Of a DNA stretch of 43,617 bases, positions 7,497-16,552 are shown one piece after another. Made by a program: the position numbers and the translations under genes. Each line of letters opens with the position of its first letter. The stretch's first letter is position 1. A model generated the notes under the pieces. It was not told the origin of the DNA and searched no databases. It saw only the letters and a program-made list of their open reading frames with translations. The stretch is from an uncultured Anaerolineae bacterium (GTDB taxonomy: Bacteria; Chloroflexota; Anaerolineae; Fen-1058): assembly GCA_964354595.1 (NCBI GenBank), contig CAYHAR010000003.1, positions 1-43,617 of the forward strand. Reading direction: 5' to 3'.

Positions 7497-7531
7497 CAAA
7501 TTTCAAATTTCAAATGTCAAATCTCAAATTC
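7497..7531. repeat. Heptanucleotide tandem array, 5 x CAAATNT
   Basis: The units are CAAATTT CAAATTT CAAATGT CAAATCT CAAATTC. The array starts right after the stop codon at 7494-7496 and spans the start codon of the lipoprotein gene. Confidence 0.85.
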
Positions 7532-8116
7532 ACGTGGTGGGTTGTTGTGATGGCGATGTTGGTTGGATGCGCTGCGCCGCAACCGACGGTATTGCCTCCT
7601 ACAGTTGCCCCTTCGGCCACGCCCGTGGTGACGTGGACGCCGGCGCCAACCGTCGCGCCGGCCGGGCCCGCGGCGACGTGGACGCCCGTGGCGACGCTTG
7701 CGCCGCAGGCTTATCTTGAAGCCATGCGCGAGGCGGCCTCGGCGATGCGCCTGGCGACCAAGACGCTGGAACACACAGACATTGTGCTGACTCGCCACCT
7801 CACCGACACGGTCCCTTCGCGCGAAGTGTTGAGCCTGGCGTCGAGCGATGGCCGCATTGTCCGGATGATGGGCGAGTCGTTGCGGCAATATCAGGGGCGC
7901 GGTTTGTTCACGCCAGCGCTGACCGATGCCCTCGCCGCGCTCGACTCGGCAGATGCTACTTTTCGCATGATCGCGAGCGGCAGCGGAGATCCCCTCGAGA
8001 TGCTGCTCGCTATCCAGGATGCAGAGGTGCAGCTTTTGATGGCGAGGCAAGATTTTCGGGACGAGTTGATCGCCCATGGCGTGCCAGAGGCGCAGGCGGA
8101 TGAGCTGGTGCGTTGA
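7514..8116 (+). CDS. Putative lipoprotein, function unknown
   Basis: MSNLKFTWWVVVMAMLVGC has a signal peptide and an L-V-G-C lipobox. A Pro/Thr/Ala-rich linker and a helical domain follow. Start is either ATG 7514 or upstream at 7493. Confidence 0.6.
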   Translation: MSNLKFTWWVVVMAMLVGCAAPQPTVLPPTVAPSATPVVTWTPAPTVAPAGPAATWTPVATLAPQAYLEAMREAASAMRLATKTLEHTDIVLTRHLTDTVPSREVLSLASSDGRIVRMMGESLRQYQGRGLFTPALTDALAALDSADATFRMIASGSGDPLEMLLAIQDAEVQLLMARQDFRDELIAHGVPEAQADELVR

Positions 8117-8171
8117 CGCGAGTTGGAAACAAGAGTAGAATAGCAGCGAATTTGATGGGAGGAAGTAGAGG

Positions 8172-8402
8172 ATGCCAGTCTATGAATATTACTGCCGGGA
8201 TTGCAAGATAAAGTTCGAAGCGCTGCGCCCCATGAGCAAAGCGGATGCGCCGATTGCGTGCAAGCAGTGCGAAGGGAAGCATACCCGCCGCGTGCTCAGC
8301 CGGTTCGCCGCGCACAGCGGCGGCAAGGCGGTCGCCGGTACTGGCGGTGGAGGGTGCGCATCATGCGGTGGAGGGTCGTGCTCCACGTGCGGAGCGAATT
8401 GA
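8172..8402 (+). CDS. FmdB-family zinc-ribbon protein
   Basis: MPVYEYYCRDCKIKFE...CKQCEG matches the CxxC...CxxC FmdB signature. The tail is Gly/Cys-rich. Confidence 0.85.
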   Translation: MPVYEYYCRDCKIKFEALRPMSKADAPIACKQCEGKHTRRVLSRFAAHSGGKAVAGTGGGGCASCGGGSCSTCGAN

Positions 8403-8458
8403 ACACGGAGACAAGGAGCGGTCGCGTTTTGTAGCGCGAAGAAAATTCTGTCAACACT

Positions 8459-8497
8459 AGACCTTGGCGGTTTCGCAAACCTCAAAGGTCTTTTTTT
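8459..8497 (+). terminator. Intrinsic terminator after the FmdB gene
   Basis: AGACCTT (8459-8465) pairs with AAGGTCT (8485-8491) around a GC-containing interior. Seven T residues follow at 8491-8497. Confidence 0.6.
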
Positions 8498-8513
8498 GTC
8501 TGGTCACTGATCA

Positions 8514-9188
8514 CTACTTGGCCGGTACCGCGTACTGGAATTCACCAACTGGCGTGTGCGCCGGGGCGACGATGCGGTCGCGCCGCTGGACGCTGACGCG
8601 CAGTCCTTCGCGGCTGTTGGAAAAGACCGCCAGCAGGCCGCCTGGGCGCAACAGCGCGGCCTCTAGCGCGGCCGGGTCTCCGATGGCGACAAAGATGTGC
8701 GGCGGACGAGCGACTGCGCCATCTACGGCAATGCTCCCATCCGCCATCGGCGCGATGACCGACGACGCGACGATGCGCCGACCGTTGAGCGCAATCGCTT
8801 CGGCCCCGGCGTTGCGCAGCTCGTTGATCAGGTCGTGCAAGTCCAACACAGTGACCGGGCCATCCAATGTCCCTTGCACGCCCGGTCCCACTACGGCAAC
8901 CGCCCCGTCGAGCATCTTTAGCCGCTCCAGTTCATCCAGCATCGTTTGCAGGCGAGCCTGGTTGGTCGCGCTGCGATAGCTCGCCATCTGCGCGTCCAGT
9001 TCGGCGACCTCTTGGCGCAGCCGCGTGTTGCCTTCCACCAGGTTGCTGATGAGCAGCACTCCATCCGCGCCCAAAGCCGCTGCGCGCTTGAGGTCCATGC
9101 GTTGCTGCGTGGTGAGTTGCGCCATCACCAAAAAACCCAGGAGAAAGGCGACCAGAGTGATCGAGATTAGAGATGCTCGCGTGTTCAT
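8514..9188 (-). CDS. DUF881-family membrane-anchored protein (YlxW/YlxX-like)
   Basis: N-terminal TM helix, a coiled-coil segment and the DLHDLINELRNAGAEAIALNGRRIV signature. Confidence 0.8.
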   Translation of the reverse strand: MNTRASLISITLVAFLLGFLVMAQLTTQQRMDLKRAAALGADGVLLISNLVEGNTRLRQEVAELDAQMASYRSATNQARLQTMLDELERLKMLDGAVAVVGPGVQGTLDGPVTVLDLHDLINELRNAGAEAIALNGRRIVASSVIAPMADGSIAVDGAVARPPHIFVAIGDPAALEAALLRPGGLLAVFSNSREGLRVSVQRRDRIVAPAHTPVGEFQYAVPAK

Positions 9189-9198
9189 CAGAATATCG

Positions 9199-9945
9199 CT
9201 ACTGGGAACTGCAATGCCTCACCGAAAATCCACCGGTGTATGCTGGCAGCGTCAGCTTGGGCGCCGGCGCGACTTGAAACTTTATTCCATAGCGTTCCAC
9301 TTTTTGGCGAAGGGCGGTGAGGTACGAAGGATTGCGCAGCGTCTCGGCCAGGCTGGCTGGCTCGCCGATGGCGCGCACGACGTAGGGCGGCGAAAGCCGG
9401 GTGGTGTTGACCATCACTGTGCTGCCCACGCAATAGGCTGAGGTGTTGCCGACGACGCGCTCGTCGTTGACGGCAATCGCTTCCGCGCCGGCCAGCCATA
9501 GCACGTTGATCACGTCGCGCAGATCGTAATCGTGAACGAGAAAGGCGTTGGGGTCAGGTGAGGTGGAAATGTTTCTCGCGCCGCTATCGTCCAGCGACAC
9601 CACGATGCCCGGTCCGCGCATGGCGGTCAACCCGGCGGCGGCTCGCTGTGCGTCGAGGTCGGCGTTGAGTCGTTGCAAGCGGTCCGTCTCGGCGGCGGCG
9701 TGAGCCTGGTAATTCGCCAGGTCGGTGCGCAGGCGGCCGATCTCGGCTTTGAGTGCGGCCTGTTCGGCTTCCAGTTGCTCGATCGTGCGGACAGAGCGGT
9801 CGCGCGGGTCGCCGGGCGCATAGCCGACCGGCGGCGAGGCGCGCGGGCCTTTGAGTTGCCAGGCCAGCGCTAGGCCGATCACCATCGCGATCAACGTCAA
9901 GGTCAAGTTGGGCCGTCGAGCGAGTTGTTGCCTCATCGCCCTCAA
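9199..9945 (-). CDS. DUF881-family membrane-anchored protein (paralogue)
   Basis: N-terminal TM helix, a coiled coil (EQLEAEQAALKAEIGRLRTDLANYQ) and DLRDVINVLWLAGAEAIAVNDERVV. Confidence 0.8.
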   Translation of the reverse strand: MRAMRQQLARRPNLTLTLIAMVIGLALAWQLKGPRASPPVGYAPGDPRDRSVRTIEQLEAEQAALKAEIGRLRTDLANYQAHAAAETDRLQRLNADLDAQRAAAGLTAMRGPGIVVSLDDSGARNISTSPDPNAFLVHDYDLRDVINVLWLAGAEAIAVNDERVVGNTSAYCVGSTVMVNTTRLSPPYVVRAIGEPASLAETLRNPSYLTALRQKVERYGIKFQVAPAPKLTLPAYTGGFSVRHCSSQ

Positions 9946-10003
9946 TCATAGCCCGGCCTGCGCGCTTTGTCAACGGTGAATTGGCGATGGGGTGGGGGTT
10001 AAA

Positions 10004-10036
10004 CGAAAATGACCCTGTCATCCGGGATCATTTTCG
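10004..10036 (-). terminator. Hairpin downstream of the tRNA pair (weak terminator candidate)
   Basis: CGAAAATGA/TCATTTTCG plus CCC/GGG give a 12-bp stem with one bulge. On the minus strand only UUUAA follows. Confidence 0.35.
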
Positions 10037-10040
10037 TTCG

Positions 10041-10126
10041 TGGTGGGCAGTGAAGGATTCGAACCTCCGAAGGCGTCAGCCAGCAGATTTACAGTCTGCC
10101 CCGTTTGGCCACTTCGGTAACTGCCC
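10041..10126 (-). tRNA. tRNA-Tyr: tRNA-Tyr (GTA), long variable arm, CCA encoded
   Basis: The reverse complement folds as acceptor GGGCAGU/ACUGCCC, anticodon arm GCAGA-CUGUAAA-UCUGC, long variable arm, and T arm GGAGG-UUCGAAU-CCUUC, ending ACCA. Confidence 0.9.
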
Positions 10127-10146
10127 ATGTTGTAAATGATCAGGCA

Positions 10147-10219
10147 AGCCGACGGCGGGACTTGAACCCGCGACCTTGCGCTTACAAGGCGCTTGCTCTG
10201 CCAGCTGAGCTACGTCGGC
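10147..10219 (-). tRNA. tRNA-Thr: tRNA-Thr (TGT)
   Basis: The reverse complement folds as acceptor GCCGACG/CGUCGGC, D arm GCUC-AGCUGGCA-GAGC, anticodon loop CUUGUAA, and T arm GCGGG-UUCAAGU-CCCGC. CCA is not encoded. Confidence 0.9.
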
Positions 10220-10301
10220 GCGCAGTCATTATACCACACCCGCGTTGCCCAGCCAACGTGGCGAGAGTATACCTGTCCCGGCGGGTTTTGTCAAACATTC
10301 C

Positions 10302-12419
10302 TCATCGCCTCACGGTAATCTCTTGCAGCATCAGCCGGTCGCCGCGCGGCGTCATCCCATCGTACACCGTCAACCGGTGATGCGTAGGGCCGGCGTACCA
10401 GCCCACCGAGAGCCGATACTTGCCGGGCGGCGTGCCATCGGGAATCGTGAGGTTGTAAAGTTGCGCAAACACATCGCCGCTTTGCAGCGTGTCATAGAGC
10501 ATCGCCTGCCGGTCGTGCTGCGCCACCACTTGCCTGGGATCGCTCAACAAGTGCATGAACCCGACCAGAAACATGGGCGGCGGCTTGCGCGCGCGCCAGT
10601 ACGTCAGCACGCGAAGGTCTTTGCCAGCCTGCCGCTGTGCGCGCTCTACACGATAACCCAGGAACTCGATCGTATGATCGAAATCGGCCGGGAGCGGCGC
10701 TGCGCCGGTCGCGCCTGCTTCGGGACTCCACTCGACTTGAGAGGTCTGTGTCAATGAGACGATCTCGGCGAGCGGGCGCGCGGCGTCCAACATGTAGAGC
10801 GTCCCCTCGGAGAGCAGATCGTCGTGGGTGGGCGCGCTCCAATCCATCCACGGCAAGAGCGCGTCATCCAACATGGACGAATTAAAATCAAGCAGCATGA
10901 GCCGGGCGCGTGCGCCGGAGGGAATGACGAACGAATCACGGCAATCGAACCAGCGAATGGGCAAATCAGTCCGCCGCAAAACGAAAGGAAACGTCTGGCG
11001 CGGCGAGCGGAAAAAGTCTTCGTACTCGTTGAGGAAGGCGCTGCACGCCACGACCGGCGTCGCGTCGGCGCGCTGGTCGAGGTAGCGCGCTGCCTCGGCG
11101 ACGACGGCTTGATGATAGAATCGCACCTCGTCATTGTTCGCCCATTCGACAAAGTAGCCGGAATAATTCCACGCCGCAAAGCCGAGCCACCATACCGCCA
11201 GTGCCGTATAGCCCAACCCTTTGAGCCAGGCTAGGGGTGTACGCTTCAAAAGCGTTATCAGCTCAACCGCGCCCAGCCCGACGAAAGCGTAGGCCACTAT
11301 TTGCGCCGCGACGGTGCGCGTAAAATGCGGCGTGGGCGCGCTCAACATGCCGGGCGAAAGGCTCACGACGAGCCAGATCAACGCAAACGAGTTTTGGGGG
11401 CGACGCCATCGCCACACGGCCAGGCCGGCTCCGACAAGGAACAGAATGGCTCCGACCGGATCGAACACCGGTCTCCCGGCGACGTTGTATTGCCATTGCG
11501 GATCGCCGCGCCAGGTGAACATGCCCAACGTGGCGAGCGTCGTTTGAAGAGCAGACGTCGGGCGGCCCGCGGCGAGGTCTTGCAGCGAGTTGCTGAGCAT
11601 GTTGAAGCGCAGGTTCTCTGCCGGGTGCGCGTTGAGATAGAGCACGAGTGGCGCGGCCACGAGCGCCGCTGCTGCGAGGAACGCTGCCAGCCCCGGCAGC
11701 AGTCTTTTCCATTCGGCATGGCGCGTCAGCCCAAAATACGCCGCGAAAGCGAGGAAAGCCAACACCATGGGCCGCGCGCTGAGATAGCCATAGATCGAAA
11801 GCCCCAGCAGCACGCCAGAAAAAATAAACTTTGTCCCTTGCGTTCGCCTGTCCCCTTTAGGGAATGGCGTCTTTGCGGCGAAGCCTGACCACGCATCCCA
11901 GAACGCGCAGGCCGAGAGCGCCAACACGGGGACAATCGTGCCCGCGCGCAGTCCCGTGCGTCCGAGCAAGACCGACCAGAAGGATACTGCCTGTACCGCT
12001 GTCGCGATCAGCGCCACGTTGCGCCCGAACAATCGCCGCGCCAGCGCATAACACGCGGCCACGCCGAGCAGCCCCCACATCACATCGGGAAAGCGCATCC
12101 CCAGGGCGTTGCGCCCAATAGTTTGCAGCGAAACTGCCAGCGTGACGTGATACAGCCAGCCATGCTCTTGCAAATCGGGGCCATTCGGATTGGCTTGAAT
12201 TGTGAGCCAGGGAATGACGGGAGCGGCCGGACGCAACCACTCGGGCAACGCAGGCAGAATAAACTCGTCCACGATCTGCCCGTCGATGATTGCGTCAAAG
12301 TGCGGGCCAGGCGGAACGGCATCGAGCCGGTATGTGCGAAACCACGCCACTATCAACAACGCGACCATCGCTGCGGCCCATTGATATTTAACGTTTGACG
12401 TTTGACGTTTGAGATTCAT
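10302..12419 (-). CDS. GT-C fold (family 39/ArnT-PMT-like) membrane glycosyltransferase with a large C-terminal extracytoplasmic domain
   Basis: 705 aa. The N-terminal ~450 aa are polytopic and the C-terminal ~250 aa are soluble. Its ATG overlaps the upstream stop as ATGA at 12416-12419. Confidence 0.7.
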   Translation of the reverse strand: MNLKRQTSNVKYQWAAAMVALLIVAWFRTYRLDAVPPGPHFDAIIDGQIVDEFILPALPEWLRPAAPVIPWLTIQANPNGPDLQEHGWLYHVTLAVSLQTIGRNALGMRFPDVMWGLLGVAACYALARRLFGRNVALIATAVQAVSFWSVLLGRTGLRAGTIVPVLALSACAFWDAWSGFAAKTPFPKGDRRTQGTKFIFSGVLLGLSIYGYLSARPMVLAFLAFAAYFGLTRHAEWKRLLPGLAAFLAAAALVAAPLVLYLNAHPAENLRFNMLSNSLQDLAAGRPTSALQTTLATLGMFTWRGDPQWQYNVAGRPVFDPVGAILFLVGAGLAVWRWRRPQNSFALIWLVVSLSPGMLSAPTPHFTRTVAAQIVAYAFVGLGAVELITLLKRTPLAWLKGLGYTALAVWWLGFAAWNYSGYFVEWANNDEVRFYHQAVVAEAARYLDQRADATPVVACSAFLNEYEDFFRSPRQTFPFVLRRTDLPIRWFDCRDSFVIPSGARARLMLLDFNSSMLDDALLPWMDWSAPTHDDLLSEGTLYMLDAARPLAEIVSLTQTSQVEWSPEAGATGAAPLPADFDHTIEFLGYRVERAQRQAGKDLRVLTYWRARKPPPMFLVGFMHLLSDPRQVVAQHDRQAMLYDTLQSGDVFAQLYNLTIPDGTPPGKYRLSVGWYAGPTHHRLTVYDGMTPRGDRLMLQEITVRR
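12381..12415. repeat. Heptanucleotide tandem array, 5 x TTGACGT-like (TCAAACG in the coding direction)
   Basis: The units are TTGATAT TTAACGT TTGACGT TTGACGT TTGAGAT. The array encodes codons 2-13 of the 705-aa GT-C protein (MNLKRQTSNVKYQ). Confidence 0.8.
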
Positions 12420-13540
12420 TTGGGCATCGCGCGCAGCGCGTCATACGCGGGACGGACACGCATCTCGGCATACTCGGGGTAATTGATGGCCCACCAGTAT
12501 TGCTCGTCGTCCGGGGTGATGGCCGGATTTGCCATCGAAAGCGCAATCATCGGCCCGATCCACGGCGACCAGTTGCGCTTGGCGTACTGGTACGCTCGCA
12601 CAAGATAATCGGCTTGCTGCTCTTCGGTGACGGCGTGCCAGGTATAATCCGGGTTAACCAAGTCGGTCGTCCAACCGAATTCCAAGACGGCGACTTGCTT
12701 GTTGGCATCGCCATAGCGTTCCATGATCTTGCGAATGTCCTCGACGTGGCGGAAGCAGAAAAAGCGATTGCCGTTGTATTTGGCGGCAGCTTCATCAGGC
12801 GGAGTCTCGGGTGGCTCTTTGTAGCCTGCCGCGTGGACGCCGAGTAAATCAAAGTACGGCGCGGCTCCGGCCTGGTACATTTTCTCGATGAATACATCGT
12901 CGGGCATAGCCTCCGGCGGGCCGCTGCCGGTGGGTGACATGCCCGCCGAGATGACCAGCGCTCCCGGGTCAGCGGCCTTGATGCCGATGTAGCATACTTT
13001 GAGTAGCTCCACATACCGCGCCGGGTCCGGCGGCTGGTTGCCCCACTCGCGCGCCAGGTTCGGCTCGTTCCACACCTGGTAAGCGCGGATCTTGCCGCCA
13101 TAGTGTTCTGCCAACGCATGGCAAAAGTCGCCGAAATCTTGCAGGTTTTTCGGTGGCGCATTCTCCAACGGCTCGGTATCGGGAGCCTGCGCCCAGAACG
13201 GCTGATGGTCAATCCGCAAGATCAAATTGAGCTGGGTGTGACGGACTGCGCGAACCATCCGATCGGTGCGCGTCCAATCGTACTTGCCTTTCTCCAACCC
13301 TTCCACGTCGCGCCAGGCCACCGCTTGCTTGACCCAGGTAAAGCCCATGTTCTGAATGAGCACCAAGGCGCGGTCGGCGGATTCCCAGTCCCAATACAGA
13401 AAAGCCTGGATGCCGTACTCGGGCGAAGCCAGCCGCGCGCGCGGCCATGACGTCGGCGTGGGCGGCGCGGTGGGCTTCGGGCGCGTCGGGTTGCACGCGG
13501 CGAGGAGAATCAGCAAGAGTGCAAGTTGGCGTAAGCGCAT
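12416..13540 (-). CDS. Secreted/lipoprotein clan GH-A (GH5/GH39-like) glycoside hydrolase
   Basis: Signal peptide with lipobox (LLAAC). The motif YQVWNEPNL is the NEP acid/base signature of (beta/alpha)8 clan-A hydrolases. Confidence 0.7.
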   Translation of the reverse strand: MRLRQLALLLILLAACNPTRPKPTAPPTPTSWPRARLASPEYGIQAFLYWDWESADRALVLIQNMGFTWVKQAVAWRDVEGLEKGKYDWTRTDRMVRAVRHTQLNLILRIDHQPFWAQAPDTEPLENAPPKNLQDFGDFCHALAEHYGGKIRAYQVWNEPNLAREWGNQPPDPARYVELLKVCYIGIKAADPGALVISAGMSPTGSGPPEAMPDDVFIEKMYQAGAAPYFDLLGVHAAGYKEPPETPPDEAAAKYNGNRFFCFRHVEDIRKIMERYGDANKQVAVLEFGWTTDLVNPDYTWHAVTEEQQADYLVRAYQYAKRNWSPWIGPMIALSMANPAITPDDEQYWWAINYPEYAEMRVRPAYDALRAMPK

Positions 13541-13683
13541 CTGTTCGGGAATCTTGTGTTGGAATTAGCGGCGCGATGATACCACAACAACGGACAATCT
13601 ACCAGAGGGCGGTTTGTTGGACTTGTCGCCGCAAAAGTGACGGGGCTGTGTTGGGGCATTCAATTGGCTTGAGGTGGGCTGGC

Positions 13684-14784
13684 CTATAGCAACGCTCTTA
13701 CAATCCGTTCGGCGGCGTGCCCATCGCCATACGGATTCACCGCGTGGGCCATGTGTTGATAAGCGGCCGGGTCGTCCAGCAATCGGCGGGTCCAGGTTAC
13801 GATAGGCTCGTAATGCGGCCCCACCAGTTGCACGGTGCCGGCTTCTACCCCCTCGGGCCGCTCGGTCTTGTTGCGGAGCACCAGCACCGGCTTGCCCAGC
13901 CCGGGCGCTTCCTCCTGGATGCCGCCTGAATCTGTCAAAACCATAAAACATCGCTTCATCAGGTAGACCAGCGGCAAATAGTCTAACGGATCAGTCAGCG
14001 TCACTCCCGGAACATTGCCCAAGATTCGATAGACTGGCTCTTGCACGTTCGGGTTGAGATGCACCGGGTAAACGATGTGAAGGTCGCCCGCATACATCCG
14101 CGCCATGTCCCGCAGCGCCCGGCAGATTTGCTCGAGCGGTTCCCCCAAGTTTTCGCGCCGATGCGCTGTCACCAGAATCAAGCGCTGCTCCCAGGGCACA
14201 TCTTTTAATGGGCCACCGGTTGGATCGTAGGGCCGATCGGCGACTGAGCGCAGAGCATCAATGACCGGGTTGCCGGTCACGTGGACGGTCTCTGGCGGGA
14301 CTTGCTCGCGCAGCAGGTTATCGCGCGCCCAAGCCGTCGGGGCAAAGTGGAGGTCGGCGACGACCCCCGCCACCCGGCGGTTGATTTCTTCCGGGAACGG
14401 TTGATGTTTGTCCAGCGTGCGCAAGCCGGCTTCCACATGTCCCACCCTGGCCTGGGCATAAAAAGCCGCCATTGAGGCCGCTGCAACTGTTGTGGTGTCC
14501 CCTTGCACCAGCACCCAGTCTGGGCGTTCTGTTTGAAGGATCGGTTCTAGCTTGGACAGCACCGCCGCCGCCACTTGCGTGGGCGATTGACTCTCTTGCA
14601 TGATGTCCAGGTCATAGTCGGGCGCGATGCCGAACAAATCCAGCACCTGGTCGAGCATCTGGCGATGCTGGGCGGTCACGCACACGCGGCTGATGATGCG
14701 GTCGGCGTGCCTCTGCAGCTCTTGCACCACCGGGGCCATTTTGATCGCTTCGGGGCGCGTGCCAAAGACGGAGAGCACTTTCAC
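13684..14784 (-). CDS. wecB: UDP-N-acetylglucosamine 2-epimerase (non-hydrolysing)
   Basis: VKVLSVFGTRPEAIKMAPV N-terminus and DSGGIQEEAPGLGKPVLVLR. The GTG start at 14784 lies 9 nt after GGAGG and overlaps the upstream stop as GTGA. Confidence 0.9.
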   Translation of the reverse strand: MKVLSVFGTRPEAIKMAPVVQELQRHADRIISRVCVTAQHRQMLDQVLDLFGIAPDYDLDIMQESQSPTQVAAAVLSKLEPILQTERPDWVLVQGDTTTVAAASMAAFYAQARVGHVEAGLRTLDKHQPFPEEINRRVAGVVADLHFAPTAWARDNLLREQVPPETVHVTGNPVIDALRSVADRPYDPTGGPLKDVPWEQRLILVTAHRRENLGEPLEQICRALRDMARMYAGDLHIVYPVHLNPNVQEPVYRILGNVPGVTLTDPLDYLPLVYLMKRCFMVLTDSGGIQEEAPGLGKPVLVLRNKTERPEGVEAGTVQLVGPHYEPIVTWTRRLLDDPAAYQHMAHAVNPYGDGHAAERIVRALL

Positions 14785-15713
14785 TGCCTGGTTCCTCCCC
14801 GGCGGCGTTCCAACTCGGCTTGGCGGGCGAGGAGGTCCGAGTCTTGCGGCCACCGCTCCAAAAGTGTTTGCAGAACCCGCTCCGTCATCAGGCCGGGCAC
14901 GCCATCAGCGAATTGCCGCACTTGGTAAGAGACGACACTGAGCAGAGTGGCGCGCTCCCACAATCCATCATCCACCAACCCGCCCATTGCCTGACCATGG
15001 TACTCGGCCATGCGAAAATCCAACGGGATATTCACGCTCTGCAACTCGAAAGATTTCAATTGCTCTTGATACATCCGGGCGGTCTTTTTATCTCCCATGT
15101 CGCGGTGTATCTTCGTCAGTTGGTAGAGCGCGTACAGGTTGCCGGGGTCGGCCTTGATCGCCCGGCGCCATAATTCAATGGCGACATCTCCACTGCCTTG
15201 CTCTGCGGCCACCTCGGCCAGCTTCAAGTAATTGGCGGCCAGGGGAAGCCGTCGTGAGCCGATATGGCCGGCCTCGTACGCTTGAATAGCCTCTTGAGTT
15301 TGCCCCAGAGTGTCGTACACGTCTCCCAGTTCCAGGGAGATCTGCGGGTTGCTTGGCCGCGCCGCTAACGCCGATTGGAGAATTTCGAGTGCTGCTTCGG
15401 GCTGCCCTTGGGAAAGATAGACACGGGCCAGCAAGCGCCGTGCCTGGACGTTACGCGGGTCCAAGCGGAGCGCTTCTTGCAGGTGCGCTGCCCCGGCACG
15501 CAGTTTCTCGGCGTCCACCACTTGCTCTGGGGCCAGGCGGTCCGAAAAAACTCTTACCAGCGCCATCTCCAGGGCCTGGCCCCCTGCATCCAGATGGTAG
15601 AGCGAAAGCAAGTAGGGCCCCAGCCCAAGCCCCAGCATTAGTACTAGCGCCAGGATGAGAGCGGGTACTCCCGCTTCCTTTATGATGTGGTGGCGCTTAG
15701 AATGGAGCGTCAT
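14781..15713 (-). CDS. Membrane-anchored TPR-repeat protein
   Basis: N-terminal TM helix followed by several 34-aa TPR-like units (e.g. ARVYLSQGQPEAALEILQSALAARP and LGDVYDTLGQTQEAIQAYEAG). ATGA overlap at 15710-15713. Confidence 0.75.
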   Translation of the reverse strand: MTLHSKRHHIIKEAGVPALILALVLMLGLGLGPYLLSLYHLDAGGQALEMALVRVFSDRLAPEQVVDAEKLRAGAAHLQEALRLDPRNVQARRLLARVYLSQGQPEAALEILQSALAARPSNPQISLELGDVYDTLGQTQEAIQAYEAGHIGSRRLPLAANYLKLAEVAAEQGSGDVAIELWRRAIKADPGNLYALYQLTKIHRDMGDKKTARMYQEQLKSFELQSVNIPLDFRMAEYHGQAMGGLVDDGLWERATLLSVVSYQVRQFADGVPGLMTERVLQTLLERWPQDSDLLARQAELERRRGGTRQ

Positions 15714-16552
15714 TGCGAATGATCATCCTCGTCCAAAAGTACGTGTTGGCCCACCTGATTCAGGAACAGCGTCAAAACTATTGCATAGACTCCAAATAAC
15801 ACAATGTAGAATCTTTTTTCGCCCAGAACAAAGGGCTTGCCCGCTGCCAGGCGCGTCAATAGCAAGTCAGCTTTGCTGACCCAATCCAGCCGACAATATG
15901 CGCGAAAGACCAGATCGCCACCCCCAAGTTCGTAGCCGAGGAAACGCGCGCCATCTGGATAGACATCGTCGCTATTGGCCCATACGCTGAATGCATTCGT
16001 CGGGTCAGCATTCTTGGACCTAAAATAGAAATAATAGTGCTGTCCTGGAGAGTTGGCGATTGGCGCAAACTCGAACGTCTGGTAGCCGGCGCGGGCAATC
16101 TGGTCGGGCGCGCCGACCGCGCGCGCCAGGTCGCGGTCAGATGCGGGGCTATCACGCAAGTGAAAAACGACTTCGGGTGGGTCAGGGCGGTCGTAGGCGT
16201 CAAAGTAAACGTCCACGCGGTAGAGATCGCGACAGGGAGCGACAAAGGTCTGTCCCACTGTTCTAGCGCCGGCAATCGGGCCTAAAGTCACGTCACCCAC
16301 TGGCTGGGAGATCGACGCTAGTTCCATTTGGGAGAACCAATGCATTGCCGCTCCCATCCACAGGGCAGTGCAGACTGCCAGAAAAATCAGCCGATGGGAT
16401 CGCGGCACACGATGTGATCTATTCTGTATAGCGGCCATAGATAACCAGAGGGTTGCTGCCAAAGTCATCCGCCACAAACTCGTGGACGGACAGAGCACAT
16501 CCCAGACTCGGTAGATCACAGTTTCGTAGTGATGACTTTCGTTGCCGTGCAT
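15710..16552 (-). CDS. Hypothetical membrane-anchored protein with an extracytoplasmic domain (start uncertain, possibly ATG 16468)
   Basis: TM segment RLIFLAVCTALWMGAAMHWF, a soluble domain, then a C-terminal TM. It may instead be the C-terminal part of the disrupted upstream gene, since it shares a frame with 16652..17440. Confidence 0.5.
   Translation of the reverse strand: MHGNESHHYETVIYRVWDVLCPSTSLWRMTLAATLWLSMAAIQNRSHRVPRSHRLIFLAVCTALWMGAAMHWFSQMELASISQPVGDVTLGPIAGARTVGQTFVAPCRDLYRVDVYFDAYDRPDPPEVVFHLRDSPASDRDLARAVGAPDQIARAGYQTFEFAPIANSPGQHYYFYFRSKNADPTNAFSVWANSDDVYPDGARFLGYELGGGDLVFRAYCRLDWVSKADLLLTRLAAGKPFVLGEKRFYIVLFGVYAIVLTLFLNQVGQHVLLDEDDHSQ

Noticed and set aside
7497-7531. Heptamer arrays (here and at 12381, 42492 and 42959) as CRISPR arrays
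   Set aside because: The units are 7 nt, directly abutting with no spacers, and no cas genes are present. They are simple tandem repeats.
10041-10219. tRNA-Tyr/tRNA-Thr pair as an integration site for a genomic island
   Set aside because: There is no integrase and no duplicated tRNA 3' end or att-like direct repeat in the flanks. The neighbouring genes have core-like composition.
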